DNA from: an uncultured Faecalibacterium sp.
GTDB lineage: Bacteria > Bacillota > Clostridia > Oscillospirales > Ruminococcaceae
Length of the DNA stretch: 47,371 nt
Assembly: GCA_944387975.1 (NCBI GenBank)
Contig: CALXGZ010000123.1
Location: forward strand, 1-47,371
Reading direction: 5' to 3'
Under the pieces are notes generated by a model that was not told the origin of the DNA, made no database searches, and was given only the letters and a program-made list of their open reading frames with translations. A program made the translations under genes and the position numbers. Numbering within the stretch: the first letter of the stretch is position 1; every line of letters starts with the position of its first letter. Shown piece by piece: positions 45,082 to 47,371 of this stretch.

Positions 45082-46008
45082 TCAGGAAACCTGCCTGTTC
45101 AAGAAATAGCGCACAGCGCCCACAAGGCCCGCGTCGTTGGCGAGGACGGCGGGACGGATCTCCAGCCCTTCGGCAAAGGCGGGCATCACCCGGGCCCGTA
45201 CCTCGCGGGCCAGGGGATCGATCAGCAGTTCCTGCTGGCTGCTGACACCGCCGCCGATCAAAATCAGCTGGGGGTTGAAGAGATGGACCAGCCCGGCCAG
45301 CCCTTCGGCGATCTCGACGATCCAGTCGCTCAGCAGAGCTCGGACGGCGGCGTCGCCCTGCCGGGCTGCAGCGAAGAGAACGCGGCCGTTGTCGAGGGCC
45401 GGGTCGGTCTGGACCGCCCTGCGGACCAGGGCCGAGGTGGAGGCGTACCGCTCCCAGCAGCCAGCCGCGCCGCAGGTGCAGGGCACGCCGTCCACCGCGT
45501 GGGTGCGCATATGGCCCAGTTCGCCGCCCAGGCCCCGTGCGCCCTCCAGCAGCCGGCCGCCGGTCAGGACGCCGCCGCCCAGGCCGGTGCCGATGGTCAC
45601 GCCCAGCACATCGGCGCAGCCCTTTGCCGCGCCCACCCAGGCTTCGCCCAGGATCATGCAGTTGGCGTCGTTGGCCACCGCCGCCGGCAGGCCGAGGTCA
45701 GCCTCCAGAGCGGCGCGGATGGGCGCGCCCGGCCAGCCGGGCAGGCTGCCGCAGGTGCCGGCCACCACCCCTTGGGCGCTGTCGATCTGGCCGGTGGCCG
45801 AGACGCCCGCGCCGGCCGGCTGGTACCCGGCGGCGCGGCAGTCGGCCAGCATCCGGGCGGCGGCGGCGCGGACGGTGTCCAGAATGGGGGTGCGGTAACC
45901 GTCAAAGCTGACGCTGGTCTCGCTGCGCAGCAGCACCTCGCCGGCTTCGGTCACCAGGCCCAGCTTGACGGCGGTGCCGCCGATGTCGATTCCAAGATAG
46001 GTCTTCAT
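45082..46008 (-). CDS. nanK: ROK-family sugar kinase (probable ManNAc kinase)
   Basis: GIDIGGT, NDAN, GTGLGGG, GELGH, CTCG...CWE; lies next to nanE. Confidence 0.8.
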   Translation of the reverse strand: MKTYLGIDIGGTAVKLGLVTEAGEVLLRSETSVSFDGYRTPILDTVRAAAARMLADCRAAGYQPAGAGVSATGQIDSAQGVVAGTCGSLPGWPGAPIRAALEADLGLPAAVANDANCMILGEAWVGAAKGCADVLGVTIGTGLGGGVLTGGRLLEGARGLGGELGHMRTHAVDGVPCTCGAAGCWERYASTSALVRRAVQTDPALDNGRVLFAAARQGDAAVRALLSDWIVEIAEGLAGLVHLFNPQLILIGGGVSSQQELLIDPLAREVRARVMPAFAEGLEIRPAVLANDAGLVGAVRYFLNRQVS

Positions 46009-46009
46009 G

Positions 46010-46711
46010 TCACTTCAAGTCCTTGATGGCCGCGGTGAAGCGGGCGGTGATCTCGGCGGGGCGGGTGATGGCGCCGCCCACCACCAGGGCGAAGGCGCCG
46101 GCTTCCAGCGCCTTGCGGGCCTGCTCGGGGTAGTGGATGTGCCCCTCGGCGATGACCTTGGCCGGGCAGGTTTTGGCCAGCCGGGCGATGAAGGCAAAGT
46201 CGGTCTCGTTGATCCCCTCGGTCTCGGGGGTGTAGCCCCGCATGGTGGTGCCCACAAAGTCGGCGCCCGCCCCGGCGCAGGCCATGGCCTCCTCGTCGGT
46301 GGCGATGTCGGCCATCACCAGCTGATGGGGGTATTTCTGCTTGATCTCACGGATGAACTCGGCCGCCGTCTTGCCGTCGGGGCGCAGGGCGCTGGTGCCC
46401 TGCACCGCCAGAATGTCCACCCCGCAGGCCACCAGCTCGTCCACTTCCTTCATGGTGACGGTGATGTACATGGGGGTGCCGGGGTAGTCCTTCTTGATGA
46501 TGCCGATGACCGGCAGGTCCACCGCCTGCTTGATCTGGGTGATGTCCCGGACGGTGTTGGCCCGGATGCCCACCGCGCCGCTCATGGCGGCGGCTTTGGC
46601 CATCAGGGGCATGACGCCGCCCTCCGGGGTGTAGAGCGGTTCGTGCTCCAGCGCCTGGCAGGAGACGATCAAACCGTGCTCGATCTGTTTGAAAAGGGCT
46701 TCTTGTTCCAT
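46010..46711 (-). CDS. nanE: N-acetylmannosamine-6-phosphate 2-epimerase
   Basis: LIVSCQAL..EPL, GIRAN, PVIGIIKK, GTTMRGYT, IAEG, VVGGAITRP. Confidence 0.93.
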   Translation of the reverse strand: MEQEALFKQIEHGLIVSCQALEHEPLYTPEGGVMPLMAKAAAMSGAVGIRANTVRDITQIKQAVDLPVIGIIKKDYPGTPMYITVTMKEVDELVACGVDILAVQGTSALRPDGKTAAEFIREIKQKYPHQLVMADIATDEEAMACAGAGADFVGTTMRGYTPETEGINETDFAFIARLAKTCPAKVIAEGHIHYPEQARKALEAGAFALVVGGAITRPAEITARFTAAIKDLK

Positions 46712-46738
46712 CTTGGTTGTCCTCCTTTGCGGGGCGGG

Positions 46739-47191
46739 TCAGCCGCCCATGCGGATCTTGACCACCGCTTTGCGCAGCGTCTCGGATACGGGGCTGATGC
46801 AGCTGGGTTTGTGGTACTCCCCCGGCAGGAAGAGGGCGAACCGGCCCTCCCCCAGCAGGCCGCCGGACTGCTCGGGCCCGGCGGCAAAGCCGCAGTCCGC
46901 CGCCGGGTCAAACGGCCCGGTCGGCTCGGCCCGGATGGTCCAGGCCCAGTATTCGCTGCCGGTCAGGTCGATCTGCAGGTCGGCGTAGAGACGGTGGTAT
47001 TCAAAGTCTGCGCCCTCGGCCGGGCGGAGGGCGGCGTCCATCACATTGATGTAGACCTCCTGCCCGTCGATCTCGGTGCGGCCGTTGGGCAGGGCGGCGG
47101 GGTCGTGCTCTGCCAGCCAGCGGATGGCGGTGTCGAGGGCGGGGTGGATGCCCAGGTAACGGTCCAGGCAGGTGAGGCTGTCGGTGATCAT
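46739..47191 (-). CDS. YhcH/YjgK/YiaL family protein
   Basis: MITDSL...FEYHRLYADLQ...FALFLPGEYHKP...KAVVKI; GAAAGGAAGG RBS. Confidence 0.85.
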   Translation of the reverse strand: MITDSLTCLDRYLGIHPALDTAIRWLAEHDPAALPNGRTEIDGQEVYINVMDAALRPAEGADFEYHRLYADLQIDLTGSEYWAWTIRAEPTGPFDPAADCGFAAGPEQSGGLLGEGRFALFLPGEYHKPSCISPVSETLRKAVVKIRMGG

Positions 47192-47308
47192 GGGGAGCCT
47201 TCCTTTCTCTTGCGGCAAAACCGGGACGCCCGGCGGGCCGTGCCCGCGGGGGCCGGCAGCCACCGGGCGTCTTGGTTCAGCTATGGGGTTTTACAGCCGC
47301 CGCGTCTG

Positions 47309-47371
47309 TCACAGGGCGGCCACGGCCTCGCGGATCATCTGCTCGGCGGCGGCCACGACGGCCTCGTCCGC
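47309..47371 (-). CDS. 3' end of an upstream gene, possibly N-acetylneuraminate lyase
   Basis: ADEAVVAAAEQMIREAVAAL*; identity inferred only from nan operon context. Confidence 0.4.
   Translation of the reverse strand, partial: ADEAVVAAAEQMIREAVAAL

Overview
GC-rich chromosomal window from a gut-type Firmicute (gene content and repeats resemble Oscillospiraceae/Ruminococcaceae; this is inference). Housekeeping and metabolic genes flank a ~15.1 kb cryptic prophage integrated in the 3' end of tRNA-Ser(GCT), bounded by a perfect 27-bp direct repeat (15645-15671 / 30763-30789). The prophage has lost its replication, packaging, head and most tail genes through a deletion joining the cro start to a distal-tail gene stub, and its integrase carries one in-frame TGA. 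It keeps an intact-looking CI/ImmA switch, tail-tip and lysis genes, and an uncharacterised Gln/Gly-rich gene module. It also keeps a terminal operon containing a clear AcrIC5-like anti-CRISPR with unannotated coupled neighbours, and a ~650 bp non-coding stretch with three tandem promoter-sRNA-terminator cassettes plus several short-repeat and palindrome families. Outside the prophage are an AbiF/Abi_2 HEPN gene followed by its own promoter and a ~60 nt two-hairpin RNA (candidate RNA antitoxin), a nested palindromic MITE/REP-like element with 14-bp flanking direct repeats, tRNA-Arg(ACG), an ABC exporter/HTH-TPR regulator pair and part of a sialic acid (nan) operon. No CRISPR array, rRNA or reverse transcriptase is visible. 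All family assignments come from motif recognition, not database searches.
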